Assembly: GCA_040879165.1 (NCBI GenBank)
Contig: JBBDKV010000013.1
Span: forward strand, 71,967-135,966
Length of the DNA: 64,000 nucleotides
Direction of reading: 5' to 3'
Origin: Patescibacteria group bacterium
GTDB lineage: Bacteria; Patescibacteriota; Microgenomatia; UBA1400; PJMF01
Of the stretch, positions 38,905 through 49,695 are shown one piece after another (the stretch's first letter is position 1; each line of letters opens with the position of its first letter). The notes below the pieces were generated by a model. That model saw only the letters and a list, made by a program, of their open reading frames with translations. It was not told where the DNA came from and searched no databases. The translations under genes were made by a program, and so were the position numbers.

Positions 38905-41400
38905 ATGCTTGCTATGAAAAAAAAGACTCAAAAACACTCAAAGCGTAAACCGTCAAAATCATCGAAAATTATCGCAATGAGCTTGCTTGGTTCGAGTCAA
39001 TCTCAAAAAACAGCTCAGCAGATCAAAAAACAATGGAAAAAACTGCCAACTTTTTCCATACCCAAAGCACTGATTAAGTCCTTGAGCAAGATGTTGAAAT
39101 TCTTTGGGATGCTACTCCTCCTCCCTTTTAAAAATCCCATTGCTCGCTACGGACTATTGATTGTCATCGCACTGAGCCTCTTTGGAATCAGTCGAATGTT
39201 ACAAGATTTACCCTCTCCCAGAAATCTAACAAGTCGTGACAACTTTGCAGTCAGTACACAAATTTTTGATCGAAATGGTCAGTTGTTGTACGAAATTTAC
39301 GCTGATGAAAACCGCATTCCTATCAAGCTTGCAGATCTGCCGCCGCACGTTGGTCAAGCGGCAATTGCCATTGAAGACCAGCATTTTTATAGCCACCATG
39401 GGTTTGACATTCGCGGCATCATTCGCGCTTCGTATCGCAACCTTCAAGGACAGCGCCTAGAAGGCGGTTCCACCATCACGCAACAATTAGTCAAAAATGC
39501 CTTGCTCTCTAGTGAGCGGTCATGGCAACGAAAAATAAAAGAAGCTGTTCTCTCAGTATTTACTGAGCTGCTGTACACAAAAGAAGAGATTTTAGAAATG
39601 TACTTAAACTACATTTCCTACGGTGGTACTGCCGTGGGTATTGAGTCCGCAGCACAATTGTATTTTGATAAACACGCCAAAGACCTAACCGTTGCTGAAG
39701 CAGCTCTGCTTGCCGGTTTGCCTCAGGCGCCAACACGCTATTCACCATTTGGCTCAGATCCAACTCGGTCAAAAAATCGCCAAGAAGACGTTTTAAGAAG
39801 AATGCATGAAGATGCTTACATTACCAGTCTGCAATATGAAACTTCTGTCTCTGACCCCCTCACTTTCGCTTTGTCACGGCAGGACATTGAAGCTCCACAC
39901 TTTGTGTTTTTTGTCAGAGATCTATTATATGAAGAATATGGCACGGAGACTGTGGAGCGCGGAGGATTGCGAGTGACCACCACGCTTGATCTCGACCTGC
40001 AAAAAGCTGCTCAAGCCTCCGTTGCAGCTGAAGTAGCGTCTTTACAAAATATGTCTGTTACTAATGGTGCTTCACTCGTAGTAGCACCGAATACTGGAGA
40101 AATTTTGGCCATGGTTGGCTCTAAAGATTACTTTGCAACTGAATCTGATGGACAAGTTAACGTCACCCTGGCCAGCCGACAACCAGGAAGTTCAATAAAG
40201 CCGTTAATGTACGCAACAGCATTTCAGGAAAAAGTACTGAACCCAGGCACGATGTTACTTGATGTACCAACCTGTTTTACTTCTCAAGGTCAGCAACCGT
40301 ATTGTCCACGCAATTATGATGGAACGTTTCGCGGCCCAGTCACTGTGCGCAATTCGCTCGGTAGCTCTCTCAACATTCCTGCAGTAAAAGGGTTGCGGGC
40401 GCTGGGTCTCCCCAACTTTATTAATCAAGCATCCGCTATGGGTATAACCAGCTGGCAAGACCCCTCACGGTACGGTTTGTCGCTCACGCTTGGAGGTGGA
40501 GAAGTGCGGATGATAGATATGGCACAAGCATTTGGCGTCTTAGCCAACCAAGGAGTCCAAGTTCCCTTATCTCCGTTTCTCAAAGTTGAAGACTATCGCG
40601 GTGAAGTCTTGTTCGAACTAAATCCAGAGGAACGACTTGCAGACTTAGAGTACTTGGCAGAATATGATGACCAACAACAAGGTGATTTAGTTCGCGTAAT
40701 GGATAGTGCTCCTGCATATATGACGAGTCACATCATGCAAGATAATCAGGCCAGGATAGCTGCCTTCGGCCCCAATTCCTCACTCGTCATTCCCAATCAA
40801 GTTGTCAGTGCCAAAACAGGCACCACCAATGATCTACGCGATAACTGGACGATTGGTTTTACCCCTGAATTTCTAGTCATAACCTGGGTTGGCAACAACG
40901 ACAACTCGCCCATGAACCGCCGTTTAGTTTCTGGGGTTACTGGTGCAGCGCCCATTTTCAATGACATTATGAGTTTTATCTTGCAAGATCGCCCTTCAAT
41001 CTGGCAAGAAAAACCAACAGATGTCCTATCAGAAAACGTCTGCCCCCACGGTATGCCACCGCAGGAAGGAGAGAGCTGTCGACTATCTGGTCCAGAGCTG
41101 TATTGGACTGCTAGCCAACCATCAGCTTCCAGAGAAACAAGAACCAATATTTGGATTGATCCTACTACTGGTTTGCCCCCTCCATATGGTGAACAAGTAG
41201 AAGGTTTAGTTTTGGAAGAAAGAACCATTATGCAAGATCCAGTTACTGATATGTACTGCGTAGATTGCAATCGCCCGGTGGATGAAGAAGGACGGGTGCA
41301 ACGAGAACGGCACACCGTGAGCGAAGAATACTCAAGTGAAGATCAAAATGACTGGGGAGAATGGGGAAACTGGGATGAATCTTGGGAAACGAACGAATAA
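38905..41400 (+). CDS. Class A penicillin-binding protein (bifunctional transglycosylase/transpeptidase, PBP1A-like).
   Basis: GT51 motifs (EDQHFYSHHG, GGSTITQQL) and transpeptidase SxxK (SSIKP), SxN (SLN) and KTGTT. Signal-anchor at the N-terminus. Confidence 0.9.
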   Translation: MLAMKKKTQKHSKRKPSKSSKIIAMSLLGSSQSQKTAQQIKKQWKKLPTFSIPKALIKSLSKMLKFFGMLLLLPFKNPIARYGLLIVIALSLFGISRMLQDLPSPRNLTSRDNFAVSTQIFDRNGQLLYEIYADENRIPIKLADLPPHVGQAAIAIEDQHFYSHHGFDIRGIIRASYRNLQGQRLEGGSTITQQLVKNALLSSERSWQRKIKEAVLSVFTELLYTKEEILEMYLNYISYGGTAVGIESAAQLYFDKHAKDLTVAEAALLAGLPQAPTRYSPFGSDPTRSKNRQEDVLRRMHEDAYITSLQYETSVSDPLTFALSRQDIEAPHFVFFVRDLLYEEYGTETVERGGLRVTTTLDLDLQKAAQASVAAEVASLQNMSVTNGASLVVAPNTGEILAMVGSKDYFATESDGQVNVTLASRQPGSSIKPLMYATAFQEKVLNPGTMLLDVPTCFTSQGQQPYCPRNYDGTFRGPVTVRNSLGSSLNIPAVKGLRALGLPNFINQASAMGITSWQDPSRYGLSLTLGGGEVRMIDMAQAFGVLANQGVQVPLSPFLKVEDYRGEVLFELNPEERLADLEYLAEYDDQQQGDLVRVMDSAPAYMTSHIMQDNQARIAAFGPNSSLVIPNQVVSAKTGTTNDLRDNWTIGFTPEFLVITWVGNNDNSPMNRRLVSGVTGAAPIFNDIMSFILQDRPSIWQEKPTDVLSENVCPHGMPPQEGESCRLSGPELYWTASQPSASRETRTNIWIDPTTGLPPPYGEQVEGLVLEERTIMQDPVTDMYCVDCNRPVDEEGRVQRERHTVSEEYSSEDQNDWGEWGNWDESWETNE

Positions 41401-41420
41401 TCGACTAACTACGACACATC

Positions 41421-42695
41421 ATGAATGTATTGAGGAAAGCTTTCTATAATCGACCAACCTCCCGAAGTCCTCAAAAGACTTCTTCTCTACCGTGGTATGA
41501 ACGCAGTAAGTTGATAATTAAGCTCATTTTACTCGGCGTCATTGGCTTTTCTTCTGCTTTGGCTGTCAGCTTGTGGGTGCTCTGGGAAGAACCCATTCGC
41601 TCTCCAATTTCGTCTCTAACCGTATTTCGATTTTTACAAGAATCACGCCTACCAACCAGACCAAACAAAGTCGTCTATGGCTTTTTACCGTACTGGAATA
41701 TGTGCGAGGTGCAACTACAACCCGAGTTAACACATCTTTCCTATTTTTCTCTTACTATCGCAGGGGATGGCAGCATCATCACCAGGGAAAATGATTACCA
41801 GGAGCCCGGATACAACAATCTCCAATCTGAACGTTTTTTTGAATTGAGCACCGAGATGCTGGAGAACCAAGGTGGTGTAGAATTAGTGCTGACTCAATTT
41901 AATAATACTGATATAGCAAGTTTTTTGAGAAACCCTCAGGCGCATCAACAGTTAATCGATTCGCTTGATGGAGTAATTCTGGCGTATCCAATTACCGGAA
42001 TCAACATCGATATCGAACCCAGTGGCTCAGGTAGTGCTCGACTACGCGATGATCTGACAACTTTTGTTACCACTTTGCGAACACACTTGGACACTCGATA
42101 TGATTCGGTACAACTTTCCATAGATGTCTACGCTAGTGCTTCAAATAACCAGCAAATCTGGGATATTCCAGCGCTAGCGCAACAAGTCGATTACATGGTA
42201 GTTATGGCATACGATTTTCACCGACGTACCAGCACTCAGGCTGGTCCAGTCGCCCCACTCTTTGGTGGCAATGATTTGTGGGACAGCGATATCAACCAGC
42301 ATCTTCAAGAATTTATCAAATTTGTTCCTTCAGAAAAAATCTTGCTCGGTGTTCCCTTTTATGGATATGGGTGGCAAACTACTTCGCGTGACGCACAATC
42401 GCACACTTTTCCAAACACTGGCTCTACGGCAAGTATTTCTCGAGTAGAAAGCATACGCGATCGTAGTGAGGAACTGCAAGTTCAAGAACATTGGAGTGAA
42501 GAAGCATTATCACCATACATTTCGTATATTGAAGATGATGAGATTTATGTCATATACTATGAGAACTCAAGGTCAATTTCTTACAAACTGGATTACGTCA
42601 ATCAATTAGACCTTGGAGGTGTGGCTATTTGGGCACTGGGCTACGAAGGCGATTCAAGAGAATTATGGGATGTAGTTGCCAGAAAAATTCAATAG
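41421..42695 (+). CDS. GH18-family (chitinase-like) glycoside hydrolase, anchored and extracytoplasmic.
   Basis: N-terminal TM helix, the DxxDxDxE-type catalytic block GINIDIEP, and DLGGVAIWALG near the C-terminus. Confidence 0.7.
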   Translation: MNVLRKAFYNRPTSRSPQKTSSLPWYERSKLIIKLILLGVIGFSSALAVSLWVLWEEPIRSPISSLTVFRFLQESRLPTRPNKVVYGFLPYWNMCEVQLQPELTHLSYFSLTIAGDGSIITRENDYQEPGYNNLQSERFFELSTEMLENQGGVELVLTQFNNTDIASFLRNPQAHQQLIDSLDGVILAYPITGINIDIEPSGSGSARLRDDLTTFVTTLRTHLDTRYDSVQLSIDVYASASNNQQIWDIPALAQQVDYMVVMAYDFHRRTSTQAGPVAPLFGGNDLWDSDINQHLQEFIKFVPSEKILLGVPFYGYGWQTTSRDAQSHTFPNTGSTASISRVESIRDRSEELQVQEHWSEEALSPYISYIEDDEIYVIYYENSRSISYKLDYVNQLDLGGVAIWALGYEGDSRELWDVVARKIQ

Positions 42696-42802
42696 AAATT
42701 TATTCTTCCAAAGAGGGAGTGAATTTAACACATAGGTATATAACTTAAAAAATAGGACAAATGTTATTGTATTAGTTAATTAGCCATGGTATTATCCGCC
42801 CT

Positions 42803-45400
42803 ATGGCCGGAAGAAAACCCGTAACAAGCAGATCAAAGAATATTAAATCTTATCGATCGCATTTACTACAGTACGCGCTCAAGCAAAAAAAAACCTTTCA
42901 ACAATACTCTTACAACAAACCGTTTACATTTTTTATTCGATTTAAGCAGGGAAATATTTTTTCTAAAGATCGCTACTGGCTCACAAAAGCAGATCAGTTT
43001 TTACAAAACATCTTTTTCCTCTTCACCGCGCTAACGCTTGAATTTTTTCATGCAATTGGCCACAACACCCTACTGCTGTTTAGAAAAAGCTGGAAACTGT
43101 ACAAACGTAGTTGTTCAAAAAAAATCCAGTGGCGGACAGCGTTTTCTTCGATCAGTCATACGTTGAAGCAGCACTCTAACTCGGTGCGATCTGTCGCGTT
43201 GCACCCATTTGTTTCTGGGCAACGAATAGTAGCGCGCTGGAATAGAAAAAAAAGTTGGTCATTTAAGCGTAAGCTGCGCAAGTCTTTTGTCACTGCAACT
43301 CAAACCCCAGAGAAAAAATCTTTTTCGAGTACATTCGCACAAGTACTAGTAGCTCCGTTCAAACCGTTCTACCTCACCGTCCAACTCTTTCCATTGCAAA
43401 CAATCATCGCGCTGGTTCTGAGTACAGCTATTATCAGTAGCAGCTACTGGGTTCATACTTTTATCTTTGAAGATTTGCCCAAACCCGAACTTCTGACACA
43501 ACAAGAACCTGAGATCACCACAGTTATTACCGATCGAGATGGTGAAATCCTGTATCAACTGTATAAAGACGAAAATCGCACCATTATTCCTTTATCTGAA
43601 GTATCTCCTAATTTGGTGTACGCCACCATTGCTATTGAAGATAAAGATTTCTACCTTCATCAGGGATTTTCACTGCGCGGCATTACTCGGGCAATCTGGT
43701 CTAATTACCACAATGAGTCAATTCAAGGTGGTTCCACCATTACTCAACAGCTCGTTAAAAATCGCTTGCTAACCACCGAGCGCACCTTTCAACGGAAGTT
43801 TCGAGAAATTATTCTCGCCGTAATGGCAGAGCGCGTCTATGAAAAAGAAGAAATTTTAGAAATGTATTTTAATCAAATTGCTTACGGCGGAGCAACATAT
43901 GGTGCAGAAGCAGCTGCACAGCGGTATTTCGGTAAATCAGCAAGTGAGCTCAATTTACCTGAGGCAGCGTTGCTTGCTGGATTGCCAGCCGCTCCCAGCG
44001 CTTACTCTCCATTTGGAGCCTATCCAGAAACGGCAAAACTGAGACAGATGCAGGTGCTCAATCGTATGGCAGAAGATGGCTATATTTCTCAAGAAATTGC
44101 AGACCAAGCCGCGCGAGTTGAACTGGCATATGAAGAAGACGTCATCAATATTCAAGCACCCCACTTCGTAATGTACGTGCGCCAATACCTGGCTGACCAA
44201 TTTGGTGAAGAAATGCTCCACAAGGGAGGATTAGTAATTCGCACCAGCCTAGACCTTTCACTCCACAACAAAGCTCAGGAGCTGGTGACAAATGAGGTGC
44301 AATCGTTAGCACATTTGCGAGTGCAAAATGGCGCAACCTTGGTTACCAACCCCAAAACTGGCGAAATTCTTTCAATGGTCGGCAGTACAAATTATTTTGA
44401 TTTTGAAAATGATGGTCAAGTTAACCTCACCATGAGACCAAGACAGCCTGGAAGCTCCATTAAACCGCTTACCTACGCCCTTGCACTTGAACGCGGTATG
44501 TCACCAAATTCGATCATTCAAGACCAACCAACCACCTTTGACATTGCTGGCACAAGACCGTATAGCCCCAGAAATTACGATGGAAAGTATCGTGGCAATG
44601 TTACGCTCAAAGAGGCATTGGCTTCTTCGTACAATATTCCTGCTGTAAAACTACTCAATCAAATTGGTGTTGGGGCCCTCATTGATAAAGCGGAAGCTAT
44701 GGGAATTACAACCTGGGGAGAACGGACTCGCTTTGGTTTGTCGCTCACCCTTGGTGGAGGCGAAGTCCTAATGACCGATATGGCCAAACTCTATGGCGTT
44801 TTTGCCAATCAAGGCTATGCGGTAAACTTGCAACCAATTTTGGAAATCAGAACCTACAAAGGAGAACTTGTATTTGAAAATTCGTGCGCACTGACTGGTA
44901 TGAACTGTGACCGCCGCAAAGTGCTCAATGAAGCCGTCGCGTATCAAATCAGCAACATGCTTTCTGACAATAACGCCCGCGCTCCAGCATTCGGACCTCA
45001 ATCCACACTCTTTATCCCTGATCAAGAAGTAGCTGTTAAAACGGGCACTACCAATAATCTGCGAGATAACTGGACTATTGGGTACACATCTGATCGAGTT
45101 GTAGCCACCTGGGTGGGCAATAATGATAATCAGCCGATGAGCTACGTCGCCTCAGGAGTCACTGGCGCTTCGCCAATCTGGAACTCAGTGGTGCGACTCG
45201 TGCTGGATACCGAACAGCCACATCGCTTCGCAATGCCACAAAACCTTATCAAAGTAGCCATCTGCGCCAGTACAGGCACACTGCCCTGCTCGGGCTGCTC
45301 GCGCGTTGTCGAGGAATATTTTGTTCCTGGTACTGAGCCTACTGTCGCCTGTAATATTGCGGCTCCAGTCAGTATGCCTTCTCCCGTCCGAGAAGACTGA
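42803..45400 (+). CDS. Second class A penicillin-binding protein, a paralogue of the 38905 gene, with a long basic N-terminal cytoplasmic extension.
   Basis: EDKDFYLHQG, GGSTITQQL, SSIKP, SYN and KTGTT. It is about 50-55% identical to the upstream PBP across the catalytic domains by eye. The true start is uncertain. Confidence 0.85.
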   Translation: MAGRKPVTSRSKNIKSYRSHLLQYALKQKKTFQQYSYNKPFTFFIRFKQGNIFSKDRYWLTKADQFLQNIFFLFTALTLEFFHAIGHNTLLLFRKSWKLYKRSCSKKIQWRTAFSSISHTLKQHSNSVRSVALHPFVSGQRIVARWNRKKSWSFKRKLRKSFVTATQTPEKKSFSSTFAQVLVAPFKPFYLTVQLFPLQTIIALVLSTAIISSSYWVHTFIFEDLPKPELLTQQEPEITTVITDRDGEILYQLYKDENRTIIPLSEVSPNLVYATIAIEDKDFYLHQGFSLRGITRAIWSNYHNESIQGGSTITQQLVKNRLLTTERTFQRKFREIILAVMAERVYEKEEILEMYFNQIAYGGATYGAEAAAQRYFGKSASELNLPEAALLAGLPAAPSAYSPFGAYPETAKLRQMQVLNRMAEDGYISQEIADQAARVELAYEEDVINIQAPHFVMYVRQYLADQFGEEMLHKGGLVIRTSLDLSLHNKAQELVTNEVQSLAHLRVQNGATLVTNPKTGEILSMVGSTNYFDFENDGQVNLTMRPRQPGSSIKPLTYALALERGMSPNSIIQDQPTTFDIAGTRPYSPRNYDGKYRGNVTLKEALASSYNIPAVKLLNQIGVGALIDKAEAMGITTWGERTRFGLSLTLGGGEVLMTDMAKLYGVFANQGYAVNLQPILEIRTYKGELVFENSCALTGMNCDRRKVLNEAVAYQISNMLSDNNARAPAFGPQSTLFIPDQEVAVKTGTTNNLRDNWTIGYTSDRVVATWVGNNDNQPMSYVASGVTGASPIWNSVVRLVLDTEQPHRFAMPQNLIKVAICASTGTLPCSGCSRVVEEYFVPGTEPTVACNIAAPVSMPSPVRED

Positions 45401-45411
45401 CAATTGCTGCA

Positions 45412-45627
45412 TTACGCTAGCATCCACAATACATACGCGGTGATAACAGTCAGTAGTAATACAGTGGGCGCAACCATTCGTTCAAGCAACTGCTGGCGTT
45501 TTTTCGCCGCATCTTTTTTCCGTTTTTCGATGCCCTTGCGCTCTTTCTGAGCTTGACGCGCCTCGATAGTGTCGGTTAGCTCTCTGAGAGAGTTGGCTGA
45601 GTCTTCAGATGATTGGTGCGTGCTCAT
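45412..45627 (-). CDS. Small tail-anchored hypothetical protein.
   Basis: 71 aa with a basic coiled region and a single C-terminal TM helix. Confidence 0.3.
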   Translation of the reverse strand: MSTHQSSEDSANSLRELTDTIEARQAQKERKGIEKRKKDAAKKRQQLLERMVAPTVLLLTVITAYVLWMLA

Positions 45628-45633
45628 GATGCT

Positions 45634-46353
45634 TTAGCTTTTTTTACTCGACTCAAGAAGAACTTGCACTTTTGCCACGATCATTTCCACAACTCGCTCA
45701 ATAGATAAATCACTCGTGTCGATGACCCAGGCTTCAGGAACAATTTTAAGGGGATCTGTCTTACGGTTCGTGTCGAGCTCATCTCGCTCCAATAAATCTT
45801 TGTAAACCTGAGCAAATTCAACGTCAGTACCTTTAGTAAGCAACTGCATATGACGACGCTTTGCACGTACTGTGTCACTGGCTGTCAAATAAATTTTTAA
45901 CTGGGCGTCAGGCAATACTGCATACGTTGTGTCTCTGCCCTCCATGACAATGTTTTGATTTTTGGCAATATTTTGCTGCTTGGCGACCAGTGCCTTACGA
46001 ACCAAAGGATGTACCGCAACCTTTGACGCCCCTCTGCCAATTTCTTCAGTTCTGATCTGCCATGAAACATCTTCACCATTTACCTTGACCGTCGTCAGAC
46101 GACCGTCACGCTCATCACCCTTTGGGTTATACATCTCAATGTTTGTTTTTTCGATTAACGCACTAACAGCAGCTTCATCTGTAAGATCAATGTCGGCGTG
46201 TATCGACATCCAGGCCGTAACCCGATACATCGCACCAGTATCCACGTACAAAAAAGCAAGACGATCTGCCACTAGTCGAGAAACAGTACCCTTACCAGCG
46301 GCAACTGGCCCATCAATAGCAATGTGAAAGGGTTGGTTTGTCATATACGGCAA
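45634..46353 (-). CDS. cmk: Cytidylate kinase (bacterial type).
   Basis: HIAIDGPVAAGKGTVSRLVADRLAFLYVDTGAMYR is the canonical Cmk N-terminus. Confidence 0.9.
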   Translation of the reverse strand: MPYMTNQPFHIAIDGPVAAGKGTVSRLVADRLAFLYVDTGAMYRVTAWMSIHADIDLTDEAAVSALIEKTNIEMYNPKGDERDGRLTTVKVNGEDVSWQIRTEEIGRGASKVAVHPLVRKALVAKQQNIAKNQNIVMEGRDTTYAVLPDAQLKIYLTASDTVRAKRRHMQLLTKGTDVEFAQVYKDLLERDELDTNRKTDPLKIVPEAWVIDTSDLSIERVVEMIVAKVQVLLESSKKS

Positions 46354-46446
46354 TCAGTCAGGACTATAACGCGATTATAGTAAGAATGCAAACATCAACA
46401 CTGACCAATGCATACACACAGATACAAACAAAGAAAGCGTCAATCG

Positions 46447-46740
46447 TTATTTTTTACTCGAGCGAGCAGTTTTCTTTTTAGCTGAGGTCTTCTTTTTGGA
46501 AGATTTGGCTGCTGACTTACTTGCGGGCTTTGCTGCTGCTTTAGCCTTAGCGCGGTTAGCTTTTTGTTCTTCCAACGTCCATTCTTCTCGATCAGAAATA
46601 AGCAGACCACCGAGTCCAACAATAATTAACAATAATGGCCATAAATTCCAGAAGTCACGAGGCAGCAAGCCTATATTAACTCCGAGAAATAAGAATCCCA
46701 TTACTACAAGTGCGGCAGGCCAAAAAACACGTTTCGGCAT
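46447..46740 (-). CDS. Small membrane protein with a Lys/Ala-rich C-terminal tail.
   Basis: Two TM helices and a KAKAAAKPASKSAAKSSKKK tail. The start was chosen at MPKRVFW. Confidence 0.35.
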   Translation of the reverse strand: MPKRVFWPAALVVMGFLFLGVNIGLLPRDFWNLWPLLLIIVGLGGLLISDREEWTLEEQKANRAKAKAAAKPASKSAAKSSKKKTSAKKKTARSSKK

Positions 46741-46885
46741 AAATAACTCCTTTTTGAATTGCTGAAAGGTACTATGTCCATTAAAGCAAAGAATAGGACA
46801 TAAAGTCGAGGGGGAATTTGTGCAACAATCTAGAACAATGTGCCAAGTTTCAGTTGATTGATGCAAAACAGCTCGGTCAGTGAAT

Positions 46886-47332
46886 TTAGTATACCGATCG
46901 CTTGAACTGCTTCTGAAGTTCTCGCTTTTGATCTCTTTCTTTCAATTTTCGACGCTTATCATGTGATTTTAGACCTCTGCCAATACCAATTGTCAATTTA
47001 ATGCGATTAGACACCAACTTAAAATTAAGCGCTACTAAACTACGCTTTTTCTGAGTACTCCAGGTTTCCAAATCTTGAATTTCACTTTTCTTAAGTAATA
47101 ATTTCCGGGTTCTCTTTGGTTCATAGTCTGGATTATTGGCAAATTGATACGGTGTAATTTGAGCATTGAGCAAAATTGCCTCACCCCCAACAATACGTAC
47201 GTAACTACCCACTAAACTAGCCCTACCCAGTCGGAGACTTTTGGTTTCCTGACCAGATAGCACAACGCCAGCAGTATATTTCTGCTCGATATCGTATTCG
47301 TGACGAGCATGACGATTTTGTACAAGAATCAT
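46886..47332 (-). CDS. smpB: SsrA-binding protein SmpB.
   Basis: NRHARHEYDIEQKYTAGVVLSGQETKSLR and the C-terminal basic tail match SmpB. Confidence 0.9.
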   Translation of the reverse strand: MILVQNRHARHEYDIEQKYTAGVVLSGQETKSLRLGRASLVGSYVRIVGGEAILLNAQITPYQFANNPDYEPKRTRKLLLKKSEIQDLETWSTQKKRSLVALNFKLVSNRIKLTIGIGRGLKSHDKRRKLKERDQKRELQKQFKRSVY

Positions 47333-47380
47333 AAACCATAGTATACCAGGCTTGACCAAAAACCAGATTGCTACTTGTCG

Positions 47381-49591
47381 TTATAACGGAATTGAGAATA
47401 TTGTTGAGCCGCTGAGCACATAGGCTGTTGCGGTGGATTCTTGAATAAAGAGGTCTGTGGCAGCAGCTAGTGATACATTTTTTATTTCTCGGAGAAACTG
47501 GCCGTCTTTGGTCAAAACTACTAACCGTTGCTGCGCTGACTCAAGAATATAGAGATTCTCAAACTCTTCTCTAGTTACAATGGCCAATCGACCAGTAAAC
47601 GGCTCAGATAAGCCACTGACAGCAAACTCTGCTTGCGATCCCGAGGTATATTTGCGAATTCTTCCATCCTGCGTAGCAATCCAGATATCCCCATCAATCG
47701 CCCAAGATGCCACTTCTTCAAACGAAACACCCAACGGACCAATCAGCCAGCCGATCGGATCAGAAAAATCACTGCCATCAAACAGATACCGATATATATC
47801 TCTTTGATCTGGATTAAAAACATAGAGGTACGGACCAAACGAACCTACGAGCGTGCCTTCTCGATTTGAATCTCCCTCATCTATAATTAAGGCTGGTTCT
47901 GCTGAACTCTCAAGCGGCATTTGGTACAGACCTTGAGCAAGAAAGACCGCACTACTTGCGTCACGCATCACCGCAGATTCAATTGAACCAACAGCTGAAA
48001 CATCAACGGCTTCCATTTGATCTGACTGAAGATCAATTACAATACCTTGTTGAGCTTCCTGATCCAGGACTAATGCTTGGTTATCGCTGGCAATTACGCT
48101 TGAGGCGATGAAACTAGACTCTACTGTTCGCAAATCAAATGCCACAGTCAGCTCTCTCAACTCATCTCTCCCAGAGATAGCCTCCACCAACGCCTGTGTA
48201 TCCGTGCGAAGCTGCTGAGCCAACTCCAAAAGAACGTCCTTGTTTTCATTTTCTGCATCAATAACCACCTCATCAAGCGCAGCAAGCAACCCTTGAGATT
48301 CCTCACGAGCAGTCACTGGGTCACTACTGGCCTGAGCGCGAACGCCATCCAGTCGAGCTTGATACGGCTCGATGATCGTTTGCGCCTCAGTTTGCTGTGC
48401 TTCATATCGCCAATCTAAATAAAACCAGACCGCCCCTAAAACTACCGACACACCAACTATGCTAATAAGCAGTATTCTCAATCGCTTGATTCGTTGCGAT
48501 GGAACATACTCTCGAGTAAAAATTAACTGGCGCAATACAGGAGCCAATTGAGCGATCTGTTTTTTGCAATTTTTCAGAAAGCGCACTACTAAACCCAGCA
48601 AGGATACGAGTACACGCCATGATTTTGCGAAGAGAGCCTTCCACGGAAAACTGTGCTTCGACCTGGATTTTTGTGGGGGCACACCCAGGTTTCGGTCTGC
48701 ACCATCTTCGAACATTTTCGATTGCGCTTGCTCACTAGTACCCAACGCCGTCGGCTGTTTTGCATTTGGCGACTCAGACCGAGCATCAACTCGCGGACTA
48801 TCGGAAGCTACTTCCGAACCAGACGGGGCAGCTGTGTCAGTTGGCGGCTCCGGTTTAGACTGAGTTTCTGACTGAGCTTCCACTAGTGGCTCAGTCGGGG
48901 GAGTTGGATCAGTTGTGAGTGTTGACTCAGTTGGGGAAATTGGCTCAGTCGAGGGCATTGGCTCAGAATCCGGTACATTTTTATCATGCGAGCCCGTTTT
49001 TTGTTCACTTTCTGAGTAATTTTTTTCTTCAACTATTGCAAATCCCAAAGCGCAGCGCGCAGAAGCATCCAAAGAATGTATCGCGGGCACAATTGAAGTC
49101 ACCACGCTATCGGTGTCGAATCCTTTTTGATAGGTGAGAGCAACAGCAGATAAAAATTGCTGCGCATCTAGCGTGGCAAAAATAAATACATCATCCAACT
49201 GAGCTTTACCTTGAATAATTTCAATACTGGCATCAGAAGTCAATACTTCACCAACCGTGTCACTTCGCTTCAAACTAATCGAGCCATGATACGTTGCCAA
49301 AATACTTCTTCCTGGACGGAATACGCCACCTGCCAAGGAACACTGGCATTTCAAATCAGAAAGCTGAGCAATGATGTCTTCAAAGGCTTGATACAGTGCC
49401 TCGGCACTTCTTGGGGGAGCAGCGGTAATATCCTCGACAATGCCTTTGCCAATTGATACAGCGCTTTCACCTTCCACGGCAATAGCAATTACGCAGCTAA
49501 TATTTGTTTCCGTTACCACGTCTATCACATGAGACCAGCCAGTAAACTGTGGCAAACTAACGATTGGAGTTACAGAGATCCTTTGCACCAT
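47381..49591 (-). CDS. Large hypothetical transmembrane protein: cytoplasmic N-domain, Pro/Thr/Ser-rich linker, one TM helix and an extracytoplasmic, possibly beta-propeller, C-domain.
   Basis: 736-aa ORF, a low-complexity PT-rich region and a single central TM helix (LRILLISIVGVSVVLGAVWFYL). No catalytic motif recognised. Confidence 0.4.
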   Translation of the reverse strand: MVQRISVTPIVSLPQFTGWSHVIDVVTETNISCVIAIAVEGESAVSIGKGIVEDITAAPPRSAEALYQAFEDIIAQLSDLKCQCSLAGGVFRPGRSILATYHGSISLKRSDTVGEVLTSDASIEIIQGKAQLDDVFIFATLDAQQFLSAVALTYQKGFDTDSVVTSIVPAIHSLDASARCALGFAIVEEKNYSESEQKTGSHDKNVPDSEPMPSTEPISPTESTLTTDPTPPTEPLVEAQSETQSKPEPPTDTAAPSGSEVASDSPRVDARSESPNAKQPTALGTSEQAQSKMFEDGADRNLGVPPQKSRSKHSFPWKALFAKSWRVLVSLLGLVVRFLKNCKKQIAQLAPVLRQLIFTREYVPSQRIKRLRILLISIVGVSVVLGAVWFYLDWRYEAQQTEAQTIIEPYQARLDGVRAQASSDPVTAREESQGLLAALDEVVIDAENENKDVLLELAQQLRTDTQALVEAISGRDELRELTVAFDLRTVESSFIASSVIASDNQALVLDQEAQQGIVIDLQSDQMEAVDVSAVGSIESAVMRDASSAVFLAQGLYQMPLESSAEPALIIDEGDSNREGTLVGSFGPYLYVFNPDQRDIYRYLFDGSDFSDPIGWLIGPLGVSFEEVASWAIDGDIWIATQDGRIRKYTSGSQAEFAVSGLSEPFTGRLAIVTREEFENLYILESAQQRLVVLTKDGQFLREIKNVSLAAATDLFIQESTATAYVLSGSTIFSIPL

Positions 49592-49695
49592 CTTCGGCTG
49601 TATTGTAACATGAAGCTTCTCGAGAGGATGTTCGGGAAAATTTTGACAACAGGGATCAAAAATGCTCTACTAAAAAACTGAGCATCACGACAGAT

